Source: an uncultured Desulfosarcina sp.
GTDB taxonomy: Bacteria; Desulfobacterota; Desulfobacteria; Desulfobacterales; Desulfosarcinaceae
Length of the DNA: 64,000 nucleotides
Direction of reading: 5' to 3'
Assembly: GCA_963674945.2 (NCBI GenBank)
Contig: CAXXWQ010000003.1
Coordinates: 2,080,001 to 2,144,000, forward strand
The notes beneath the pieces are model-generated. The model was not told the DNA's origin. It worked only from the letters and a program-made list of their open reading frames with translations, and searched no databases. The number at the start of each line of letters is the position of its first letter. The stretch's first letter is position 1. Made by a program: the position numbers and the translations under genes. This document shows positions 29,001 through 37,044 of the stretch, one piece after another.

Positions 29001-30037
29001 TCAACCGGGTGCAGTTTGCCGTCGGACAGGGCAAATGGGGGGTGCCGGTGCGCGCCGCCTTCACCGAGAATCTTCGCGACGTGGACGTGGCGGTCCATTC
29101 CAGGTCCACCAACGTCATCGGTATCATCGATACGGATGATTTCTTCATGTACCTGGGGGGAATGTCCCTGGCTGTCAAGAATCTTTCGGGAAAGGCCCCG
29201 GACACCATGGTGACCCTGCACCGTCGAAAGGATGAAATCCGGGTGGAGGATGTGGAAAAGACCATCGGCCGTGAGATGCGAACCCGCTATCTCAATCCCC
29301 AGTGGATCGAGGGGATGAAAAAGGACAACTACGGCGGCGCCCGACAGATGGCCGATTTTGCCGAGAACCTGTGGGGGTGGCAGGTGACGGTCCCCACAGC
29401 CGTGGATGCGGACAAGTGGGAACAGGTCTACGAGGTCTACGTGAAGGACAAGTATGACCAGGATCTGGCCGCCTTCTTCGACAAACACAACCCATGGGCC
29501 TACCAGTCCATGACCGCCCGCATGCTGGAGACGGTGAGAAAAGGGTACTGGCAGGCCGACGATGAAATTCGACAGAAACTTGCCGTGGAGTATGCCGTGA
29601 ACGTGGTGGAAAAGGGGGTGGCATGCTGCGACCACACCTGCAACAACCCCATGCTCAACCAGATGGTGGTCAACATCATCTCATTGCCCGGCGTCATGTC
29701 TCCGGAAATGGTGGAGAAGTTCAAACTGGCCATCGAGAAGATGGCGGCCCGGTCCCTGGAAGACCAGGCCAAAATGCGCCGGGAACTTTTAGAAAAATTG
29801 AAAGCGGCCCCCGGCCAAAAGGAATCGGCTAACGATCCGCCCAAGGCCGAAGATGCCGATCGCGCTTCACAGGATGTTGGTGCCGCTGACGCCGAACAGG
29901 TCGAAGGATACAAGATGGAGGATATCGACACCAATGATACCTCGACCGATCTTACATCATCGGGGGTTCAATGGATTGCCTCCCTGTTCGTGATTTTCGT
30001 TATCGGGGCGTTTGTGTGGGGAACCAAACGAAAATAA
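26051..30037 (+). CDS. Exported, C-terminally anchored CobN/Mg-chelatase H-family protein (HmuS/BtuS-like)
   Basis: HLGTHATYEWLPGK, YPYIVDDVGEGIQAKRRG, LPTGRNFY, NPQWIEGM; signal-like N-terminus ..SFALA, CCDHTCNN, C-terminal TM + KRK; start uncertain. Confidence 0.88.
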   Translation: MMMNLQMPSRDRFIPNRLFIRIRRWARCLFFSSIVLLLFSYNPSFALAGKVSILEIDINSYQVAKAMGRLDLPKAIETRFFTISDLTDNPSAKAFLADSKIIFVNVMHPELANYPVDAGLMDGRYVYALNPAGDPEALGKKGYRFDDEVMAYYRHRSVTNMVNMVRMVVARHMDPSLPYGSLEKTPEVCIHHPDAKQLFTRPSDYWQWNAKRDGFDPDQPRVGILCYSAMLKEGQVEAADDLIRQLEAAGFAVLPCFGSARKIISTFLRPENGRSPVDMVLAFSLKFSSAIDDELRKSLVELDAPVFDVIRPFGETIDEWKKSEVGLGPMETVWAVATPEFSGSIEPSVIMGKKRVVDPVTGRPLFIYETIQETVGFLIPRLKKWAQLQKMANGDKKVAIFYYNHSQGKQNIAAAYLNVFRSLESILGRLVAEGYTVDTTVRLTEERLQKMVLAGGRNIGSWAPGELDAMMAEGEVETVDLATYKAWFDQLPEAFTKPVLAQWGPPEDCAIMTRDNRMVFPMVKLGSIVILPEPARGWTDDPMKLYHDKTLFPHHQYIAAYLWLSRVFHADAMIHLGTHATYEWLPGKQVGLAPWDPPEIMTGAIPNIYPYIVDDVGEGIQAKRRGRGVVIDHLTPPMKKADLYHEYAKLHDLYHKYEISVANGSETASAYMEKVQALVREMGIANDLGLDRLDEEAMEKVHLYLHEIDNNSLPYGLHTFGRAYDEAAASETVDLIIEQNPDADPENVKADLSRSAKDEMDNLIRGLNGRYVPAGEGNDPLRNLAALPTGRNFYGFSPAKVPSKAAWTIGKRAAEQMIQEKLAKTGDYPQKVGIVLWATETTRNEGVNESTILYLMGIEPVWDATERVTGSRVIPGAVLRRPRIDVLINPSGLYRDMFPDKLVFLDEAVEKAMAQTDIENLLAKHNAAIEKRLMDAGMDEAEAKSQSRFRIFTEQVGSYGNGVAEMASASGLWEEDDAVSDVYLNRVQFAVGQGKWGVPVRAAFTENLRDVDVAVHSRSTNVIGIIDTDDFFMYLGGMSLAVKNLSGKAPDTMVTLHRRKDEIRVEDVEKTIGREMRTRYLNPQWIEGMKKDNYGGARQMADFAENLWGWQVTVPTAVDADKWEQVYEVYVKDKYDQDLAAFFDKHNPWAYQSMTARMLETVRKGYWQADDEIRQKLAVEYAVNVVEKGVACCDHTCNNPMLNQMVVNIISLPGVMSPEMVEKFKLAIEKMAARSLEDQAKMRRELLEKLKAAPGQKESANDPPKAEDADRASQDVGAADAEQVEGYKMEDIDTNDTSTDLTSSGVQWIASLFVIFVIGAFVWGTKRK

Positions 30038-30039
30038 AA

Positions 30040-30123
30040 TTCACAGTTCGAAACCGAGAACGGAGAACAGTGAACCGAGAACGGAGAACAGTGAACCGAG
30101 AACGGAGAACCGAGAACCGAGAA
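30040..30123. repeat. Heptamer array with 21-bp higher-order unit (AACCGAGAACGGAGAACAGTG)
   Basis: Visible tandem copies between the CobN-like and DUF2162 genes. Confidence 0.85.
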
Positions 30124-30132
30124 AGGTGAGCC

Positions 30133-30882
30133 ATGTTACTTAAGAGTCTCATATTCGGTATTGCCTTCAGCATGGGCATTTTTGCCATAAAAAGCGGCGT
30201 GGGGGCAGCCTATGTGGTGGGGCGGCATAGAAAAAAAACGAAGATCGCCTTAGACATTTTCCTTTTTGTACTCGTTTACGGGATCGTATTTGCAGCAGCA
30301 TCAATCGTGCTCTCCCGAGTGGATCCGGTGGCCCACTTGGCCGCTTTTCAGGGATTTTTTCGTTCGGGAACCCTCGTTCATCTGCTTTTGGCCGCCTTGA
30401 TGGCCGCCTGGGGGGTGGCGCTGCTTCGACGGAACCCGAAAACGGCATCGAAAAGTCGGGGTTGGCTAATGTTGGTGGTGCCCTGCCCGCTATGTGTGGC
30501 GGTCATCCTTTTGTCAATGGGGTTTTTACTGGCAGGCTTTCCCGATCATCCTCGAATGGTCGTGTCGCTGTTCTTCATTGCCTTCGTGATGATCGCCCTG
30601 GCCGCTCTCGGTGTGGCGCGCCGGTATGGTCGCAACCACCCGGAAATCTCTCCCGAATCCTTTCTGGGAAGTGCCATGTTGCTCATTGCCGCCTATTTTC
30701 TCGTATCCATGACCGTCATGCCACTGTTTGGCGAACTGAATGAGGTGTATCGCCTGGCCCGTTATCGCGGACCGAATGCGGTGCAATCCTACGTTCCCAT
30801 GATTTCCCTTGCCATTTGCATCGTCACGGCTTTTTCCGTTGGTTTTGTGGCGTCCGATAGAAAAATAAGGAGAACGATATGA
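30133..30882 (+). CDS. DUF2162-family membrane protein (HmuT-like)
   Basis: GIFAIKSGVG, PCPLC motif, multiple TM helices; follows the CobN-like gene. Confidence 0.75.
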   Translation: MLLKSLIFGIAFSMGIFAIKSGVGAAYVVGRHRKKTKIALDIFLFVLVYGIVFAAASIVLSRVDPVAHLAAFQGFFRSGTLVHLLLAALMAAWGVALLRRNPKTASKSRGWLMLVVPCPLCVAVILLSMGFLLAGFPDHPRMVVSLFFIAFVMIALAALGVARRYGRNHPEISPESFLGSAMLLIAAYFLVSMTVMPLFGELNEVYRLARYRGPNAVQSYVPMISLAICIVTAFSVGFVASDRKIRRTI

Positions 30883-31520
30883 TCGATCCGGGTGCACTGC
30901 TCAAGACCATTATTTACCTCATCTCCTCTTCACTGCTCTATCCGGTTTTATTGCTGCTCGTATTGTTGGCCCTGTTTATCGTGGTGTATGCGGGGTCCTT
31001 CTTTGCCGAATGGCTGGGACGCATTCGGCTTTCTCCCTGTGACCCGACAAAACTGCCGGCCATCTTGAAAAAGGGGCAGCCGGCGCCGGTGGTCTCCCAT
31101 CGTGTCAATGGTTATGTCCAGGATTTGCATAAGATGCGCGGTGCGAACCAGACAGACGAGGTCATCGTCGAGAACCTGCTACAGGAGAGGTCTTTGTCCC
31201 TATGGAAGTCCATGGACCGGCTGCGCATCCTGGTCCGCGTCGCGCCCGCCCTGGGGCTGATCGGCACCCTGATTCCCATGGGCACGGGGTTGGCCGCCTT
31301 GGGCCAGGGGGACATGACGAGACTGACCACGGATCTGGTCATCGCCTTTACCACCACAGTGGTGGGACTGGCCATCGGCACCCTGGCGTTTTTCTTCTAC
31401 ACCATCAGACGGCGCTGGATCGAGCAGGATGTGAAAAATATGGAACTGGCCACGGAGGTATTCATGGATGACAACGAACGGAGCGTATATGAAATACGTA
31501 ACGCAGCGTCGAATGCGTAA
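30879..31520 (+). CDS. MotA/TolQ/ExbB-family protein (HmuU-like)
   Basis: SSSLLYPV, APALGLIGTLIPMG, AFTTTVVGL, RRRW..D. Confidence 0.85.
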   Translation: MIDPGALLKTIIYLISSSLLYPVLLLLVLLALFIVVYAGSFFAEWLGRIRLSPCDPTKLPAILKKGQPAPVVSHRVNGYVQDLHKMRGANQTDEVIVENLLQERSLSLWKSMDRLRILVRVAPALGLIGTLIPMGTGLAALGQGDMTRLTTDLVIAFTTTVVGLAIGTLAFFFYTIRRRWIEQDVKNMELATEVFMDDNERSVYEIRNAASNA

Positions 31521-31863
31521 GGCCGGCCGTGGTTTTGGAGACACGGCGTTCCGGGACGATGATCCCATGACCGGCGTCGCCAATCTCTTCGATATCGGAC
31601 TGGTCTTCATCGTGGGGCTGTTGTTGACGCTGTTTTCCGCCTATCGACTCCAGGATCTGTTCGACGAGAATTCAAATATGACCATCATGAAACAAAAGGA
31701 AAGCGGCGAGATGGAAATCATCACCAAGAAGGGAAAGAAAATCAAGGCCACCCGGGTGACACGGGAAACCGCCCAGGGCGAGGGCAGTCGGTTGGGCGTG
31801 GCGTATCGGTTGGCGGATGGGACCATGGTATATGTCCCAGATGAATCAATGACGTCTCCGTAA
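31489..31863 (+). CDS. DUF2149-family protein (HmuV-like)
   Basis: DDPMTGVANLFD, MEIITKKG, G.RLGVAYRLADGTMVYVP. Confidence 0.85.
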   Translation: MKYVTQRRMRKAGRGFGDTAFRDDDPMTGVANLFDIGLVFIVGLLLTLFSAYRLQDLFDENSNMTIMKQKESGEMEIITKKGKKIKATRVTRETAQGEGSRLGVAYRLADGTMVYVPDESMTSP

Positions 31864-31977
31864 AAAGCTCGATATCGGCGTTACGCGTATCCCTCGTCAC
31901 TGCGGAGTATTTTCTGTATACAGCCTCATTCCTCGGGAACCGCAAGCCTTGATCTCGAGCTTTTTACGAAGCCGTTC
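31850..31977. mobile_element. ~130 bp MITE/REP-like element, copy 1
   Basis: Terminal inverted repeats GACGTCTCCGTAAAAAGCTC / GAGCTTTTTACGAAGCCGTT; homologous to 57230-57360 in the opposite orientation. Confidence 0.75.
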
Positions 31978-32097
31978 AGAACCTGCTTTTTCTGCAAATT
32001 GATATAAATTTTAATAGTAGGCGTGAGGGAAGATGGGCTTCACTCGAACCCTTGAATCATTGAACCCTCATTTCACCTTGAACCGGAGAACTTCAAA

Positions 32098-34104
32098 ATG
32101 AAACCTGTCTTGCGACGAATCGGTTGGCTGCAGGTGATTGGCCTCTGGCTTTTCCTCAGCGTTTCCGCCTGGGCCACGCCCATGGATATTACCGACGATG
32201 CCGGCAACACCCTGCATTTTTACAAGCCACCGAAGAGGGTGGTCAGCCTGGTGCCATCGGCGACGGAGATCATTTTCGCCATCGATGCCCAGGACGCATT
32301 GGTGGGCATCACACATCACAGCAGCGCCCTGCGCGGTGCCGCCAAAAAGACCATCGTGGGTGGGTACACTTCTCCCTCCATACCCCATATCATGGCCCTG
32401 GAACCCGATCTGGTGATCGCCTCCGATTTTCAGGATGAGATGATTGGCCATATTCGTGAAACGGTGCCTGTCATGGTGATCAACATGAACCGGATGGACG
32501 ATGCATTTCGGCATATGGAATTGATGGGAAGACTGTTGGGCCATGGAAAAGCGGCATCGGCCCTTGCGGAACAAAATAGAATACAACTGGAGTTGATCGC
32601 CCGCAAAGTGGCCACAATACCTCCGGAACGGAGAAAACGGGTGATGCGCATCATGGGGCTGAAGCATCCCATGACGCCGGGCTCCGATTCTTTCCAAAAC
32701 GAAATGATCCGGGCCGCCGGCGCCATTGCCCCCGATCTCGGTATGCCGGGCGCCGTAATCCCGATGACGAAAGAACAATGGCGCGACTTCAATCCCCAGT
32801 TGCTCTACGGATGCGGCGGCATCGACAGGGCCAGGGACGCCTTTTTCTTAAAGGAGGGTTGGAACGCGGTGGATGCCGTCACAAATCAAAATATCCGGGA
32901 TTTCCCCTGTGCGTTGACCTGCAGGGCCGGTGCCCATTTGGGGTATTTTGTCAGCTGGCTATCTTCGGTGATCTATCCGGAGGAATTCGCCAAACCCGAA
33001 AATGAAATGCTGCCGAGAAAGGTGGTCGACACCCGGCCGGTGCCCGTCGATTTGGACTATGTGGCCGATGCCGCCGTCGCCACGAGTATTATTCAGGATT
33101 TTGCCCACAAGAGCCTGATCGTGGATTTTACATCACCTCGGACCATCGTTTCCACCCTGGAAGGACAGCGCAGCGGCATTCAAACCGTGGGTAACCACTA
33201 CTCCTCGCCGCCCTGCTGGGCCCTGATGGGGATGTCCGGCTTGGATCCCCTATACCGGTTGATCTATCCGGTGATCGGAAAAGAAGCATCCACCACGGCC
33301 TTTCTCTTCACCGGTGCCAACATGGACCATCTTGCGGTAAAGAAAGAGAAATTCAAGGAGATGGTCGTCTATGGTCTGGTCACCGCCGGAGTCAGGGGCA
33401 ATGCCGTGAGAATGGGGACGGATGTAGGCGCATACTACGAGCCAGGCACCATCAACATGATTTTTCTCACCAACATGCGCCTTACCCCACGTGCCTTGAC
33501 CCGGGCCATCATATCGGCCACCGAGGGCAAGACGGCAGCCCTTCAGGACCTGGATATTCGCAGCAGTTACCTCTCCCTGACCGCAGCCGCCACCGGCACC
33601 GGTACCGACAACATCATCGTGGTGCAAGGGGACGGGCCGGTCGTGGAAAATGCCGGTGGACATTCGAAGCTGGGGGAACTGATCGCCCGCTGTGCCTATG
33701 CCGGTGTCCGGGAGGCGATCGCCCGGCAAAACGGCATCGTGGGGCCACGAAACATCTTTGAACGGCTCCGGGACCGTCACACCAGTGTCTATCAATTGGC
33801 CAGTGAAAGCCAATGCGAGTGCATGGCGAATAAAGGAAAATTGGCCGGCCGGGTGGAAACGCTGCTTCTCGATCCTGCCTATGCCGGGTTTCTGGAGGCC
33901 GCCATGGACATAAGCGATGGTACCAACAGGAAGATGGTCCAAGATCTTTCCGGATTCGAGAACTGGTGCCTGGACGTGGCCGGCAGGATCGCCGGGCGGG
34001 AGGTGGATCGACTGGATATTCATGTCGCGGACGAAAAATTCCCGCGACCGCTGGCCATGGCCTTCGATGCACTGTTTACAGGTGTTTCCAAACGTAACGA
34101 ATAG
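32098..34104 (+). CDS. cbiZ: BtuF-like periplasmic binding domain fused to adenosylcobinamide amidohydrolase CbiZ domain
   Basis: Signal peptide; DDAG..PPKRVVSLVPSATEI binding domain; CbiZ motifs TAGVRGNA, GTIN, TEGKTAALQDL, ATGTGTD, GGHSKLGELI. Confidence 0.82.
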   Translation: MKPVLRRIGWLQVIGLWLFLSVSAWATPMDITDDAGNTLHFYKPPKRVVSLVPSATEIIFAIDAQDALVGITHHSSALRGAAKKTIVGGYTSPSIPHIMALEPDLVIASDFQDEMIGHIRETVPVMVINMNRMDDAFRHMELMGRLLGHGKAASALAEQNRIQLELIARKVATIPPERRKRVMRIMGLKHPMTPGSDSFQNEMIRAAGAIAPDLGMPGAVIPMTKEQWRDFNPQLLYGCGGIDRARDAFFLKEGWNAVDAVTNQNIRDFPCALTCRAGAHLGYFVSWLSSVIYPEEFAKPENEMLPRKVVDTRPVPVDLDYVADAAVATSIIQDFAHKSLIVDFTSPRTIVSTLEGQRSGIQTVGNHYSSPPCWALMGMSGLDPLYRLIYPVIGKEASTTAFLFTGANMDHLAVKKEKFKEMVVYGLVTAGVRGNAVRMGTDVGAYYEPGTINMIFLTNMRLTPRALTRAIISATEGKTAALQDLDIRSSYLSLTAAATGTGTDNIIVVQGDGPVVENAGGHSKLGELIARCAYAGVREAIARQNGIVGPRNIFERLRDRHTSVYQLASESQCECMANKGKLAGRVETLLLDPAYAGFLEAAMDISDGTNRKMVQDLSGFENWCLDVAGRIAGREVDRLDIHVADEKFPRPLAMAFDALFTGVSKRNE

Positions 34105-34121
34105 AGAGTGCCGATTCAGAA

Positions 34122-36122
34122 ATGACCAATTTGCCTATTTCTGGACAGATCATATGTAAGGAACGCTATATGTTCAGCAATCATAGATGTAAATTTCAAC
34201 GTCTAAATCGCCATTTTCATCCTCGCCGGGGTCGATCCAATTGGATCGCTTTTCTGGCATTTATTGGATTCTTGCTGATGATTCCGCCCGTCCCATGGGC
34301 ACAGGAAAAACACGGTCACGGCCGGTCGGCCCCCCAACCCATGGCCATGGACGACGTCGTCGTTACCGCAGAACGGATCGATGCCTATGTGAACAATAAT
34401 CCTGCACAGGTGGTGATCCTGGGACTGGAAGAGATCCGGGAGCGCAACCTGCTCAGTGTCGAGGAGGCGCTGAACACCATGCCCGGTGTGGATGTGAAGA
34501 AGAGTTCTGGCATCGGATCCCGCATCTCCATCCGCGGTTCGGGAAAGTCCGGCGGGGTATTGGTGCTGATCAACGGCAGACCGTTAAACAGCAGCCAGTA
34601 CGGTGGGGCCGATCTTTCCACAATTCCCATCGATATCGTCAAATCCATCACCGTGTTCAAACCTCCGGTTCCCGTATGGCTCGGGGCTGGTGCCAGTGAA
34701 GGTGCCATCGTTATCACCACCCGCGACATGGCGGACGGGAAAAAAGAGGAGAAAACGCATGTGACCCGGTTTCGGGGTGCCGGCGGTTCCTATGGCCTTG
34801 CCGAGGCTACGGCAAGCCAGCGTGTCAGCCTTGCATCGGGAGGCATCATGGCCACGGCAACGGGCACGCACAGGGACGGCAAACGGACCAACAGCGACAG
34901 GGACAGCGGGAACTTCTCCCTGCACTGGGACCGGGAACTGACCGGGACCCATCGGGTGGAGGTGGACGGGCGCTATTACCTGTCGGAGTACGGCAGTGCC
35001 GGTCCTTTAGACAACCCAACCCCGGATGCCCGGCAGCGGTATGAGAAGGGTGCATTGGACGGCCGACTCAGCGGAACCATCGGTTCCACGGGCGACTATA
35101 CGTTGAACCTGTACGGTGATATGGTCGATCTGACGGATGAAAGCCAGTCGGGTTTCGTGTCCACTCTGGACAACGATAAGTATGGGCTCAAGGGGGAGAA
35201 CAACTGGACCGACGAAGCGGGGAAATGGGGACTGCAGATGAGCGGTATCGTGGAACGTGACGATGTGGATCACACCCTTTCGGGCACCCACCACCGAACC
35301 ACAGCCGGAATGGGCGCCCAGGCGGACAGAAGCTGGCAGACCCTCACGGCCACATTGGGGGTGCGGGGAGACTACACCAGCGATTTCGACATCAACCCCG
35401 GTCTTTCCAGTGGCGTCCGCTATCGGCTGACCGATAACTGGTCCTTATTGGCCAACGCCGGATACATGGTGAAGATTCCCACATTCGGACAGCTCTACCA
35501 GCCCAGCCACGGCAGCATCGATCAGGTGCGCGGGAATCCGGATCTGGACGAAGAGAAGATCTGGTCCTATGATGCCGCCGCGGAGTATCGCTGGAAAAAG
35601 ATCCACCACTTTCAATTCTCTGTTTTCCGGTCCGATACCCGTGATCCCATCGTCTATCGGCGGGGCGCGGACCTGATCTTCCAGCCGGAAAACGCCGACC
35701 GAAGCTGGCGCCACGGCATCGAAGCCACGTGGAAATACCGGTTTGCCGCTGGGGTCACCGCAGATGCCAATGCCATCGCACAGGATTCGAAGATCGATGA
35801 GACCGGCAACGAACTGCCCTACACGCCGCGAGTGAAGCTCACGCTCACGCTGCTCTACACGATTGAGGGACCCGGCACCCACCTGGAAACGACGGCGCGG
35901 TATCGGAGCCGGCAGTACTCGGAGGCGGAAAACCGGGAATCGGAGCGACTCGACGAATACATTACCTTAGACTTCAAAGCCATACAACCCTTTACGATAA
36001 AATCAATGGCCGCCGAATTTTTCATCTCGTTGGAAAATCTCTTCGATACCGATTTTGAAATTCATTATGGATATCCCGACGACGGGTTTCGGTTCGTTTC
36101 GGGATTGAATTTGACATTCTAA
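34122..36122 (+). CDS. TonB-dependent receptor
   Basis: DDVVVTAER, SIRGS, LINGRPLN, GNPDLDEE, ENLFD, terminal F; start uncertain. Confidence 0.9.
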   Translation: MTNLPISGQIICKERYMFSNHRCKFQRLNRHFHPRRGRSNWIAFLAFIGFLLMIPPVPWAQEKHGHGRSAPQPMAMDDVVVTAERIDAYVNNNPAQVVILGLEEIRERNLLSVEEALNTMPGVDVKKSSGIGSRISIRGSGKSGGVLVLINGRPLNSSQYGGADLSTIPIDIVKSITVFKPPVPVWLGAGASEGAIVITTRDMADGKKEEKTHVTRFRGAGGSYGLAEATASQRVSLASGGIMATATGTHRDGKRTNSDRDSGNFSLHWDRELTGTHRVEVDGRYYLSEYGSAGPLDNPTPDARQRYEKGALDGRLSGTIGSTGDYTLNLYGDMVDLTDESQSGFVSTLDNDKYGLKGENNWTDEAGKWGLQMSGIVERDDVDHTLSGTHHRTTAGMGAQADRSWQTLTATLGVRGDYTSDFDINPGLSSGVRYRLTDNWSLLANAGYMVKIPTFGQLYQPSHGSIDQVRGNPDLDEEKIWSYDAAAEYRWKKIHHFQFSVFRSDTRDPIVYRRGADLIFQPENADRSWRHGIEATWKYRFAAGVTADANAIAQDSKIDETGNELPYTPRVKLTLTLLYTIEGPGTHLETTARYRSRQYSEAENRESERLDEYITLDFKAIQPFTIKSMAAEFFISLENLFDTDFEIHYGYPDDGFRFVSGLNLTF

Positions 36123-36132
36123 AGGAAAACTC

Positions 36133-36906
36133 ATGATCGAAAAGACACCCATCGTGCTGGCCGCCTTCGGCACGACGTCGGCGGCAATGGACACCTATAG
36201 CGATATCGACAGGATCGTAAAAGCGACCTTTACCGGACATCCGGTGAGATGGGCCTATACTTCCCGTATGGTCCGGTCCCACATGAACACCAAGCGTCGG
36301 GCAAGCATGAAAAATCCTGAACAAGTGCTGGCCGATCTATACGATCAGGGGCATCGGTGGGCCGTGGTACAAAGCATGCACCTGATATGGGGACACGAAT
36401 TTTACCGGCTGGTGGAAGAGGTCCGGGAAAGTGGTGTCCGCATCAGCATGGGCCTGCCGCTGCTGACCGATCCCAAGGATTACAATGACACTGCCATGGC
36501 CCTTCTTAGCTCGAATGGCAAGGGTAACAATCATGCGACGGTACTGGTGGGGCACGGAACCGATCATCCGGCCTGGACCGCCTATCCGGCTTTGGAACGT
36601 GTCCTGTGTACCTGCGGAAACAACGTTCATGTGGCCACCATAGAGGGGGAGAGCGACATGGCGGAAACGGTGGATGCCGTTGTTCGGTCGGGCGCTCGAG
36701 CCGTCAGACTCGTTCCCCTGATGCTGGTTGCGGGCGTTCATGTGAGAGAAGATATCGCCGGTGAAGAGGATTCCTGGCGAACGGCGTTTCAGGCGGCCGG
36801 CCTGTCCGTTTCGGTCGATGATCGGGGAATGGGAAAACATCCCGCCATCGTCGATATTTTCATTCGACATATCCGGGAGGCGTTGGACGTGATACCCACC
36901 GGATGA
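36133..36906 (+). CDS. cbiK: Sirohydrochlorin cobaltochelatase (CbiK family)
   Basis: LAAFGTT, WAYTSRMV, QSMHLI.G.E, GHGTDHP, PLMLVAGVHVREDIAG; no signal peptide. Confidence 0.9.
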   Translation: MIEKTPIVLAAFGTTSAAMDTYSDIDRIVKATFTGHPVRWAYTSRMVRSHMNTKRRASMKNPEQVLADLYDQGHRWAVVQSMHLIWGHEFYRLVEEVRESGVRISMGLPLLTDPKDYNDTAMALLSSNGKGNNHATVLVGHGTDHPAWTAYPALERVLCTCGNNVHVATIEGESDMAETVDAVVRSGARAVRLVPLMLVAGVHVREDIAGEEDSWRTAFQAAGLSVSVDDRGMGKHPAIVDIFIRHIREALDVIPTG

Positions 36907-37044
36907 TCGATGAGAGGCAATTTATCATTATAAATGATACCGTTGTCCCGCGACATGCAAAGGTGTCTCTGGCTCAGATGGATTACAACAGCTCCTGTTG
37001 TACGCGACACCGATACTTGGATAACCGCCGGCAGTTTTCACCGA

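Noticed and set aside
4243..30123. Short-repeat arrays as CRISPR
   Set aside because: The period is 7 or 21 bp with no unique spacers, and there are no cas genes.
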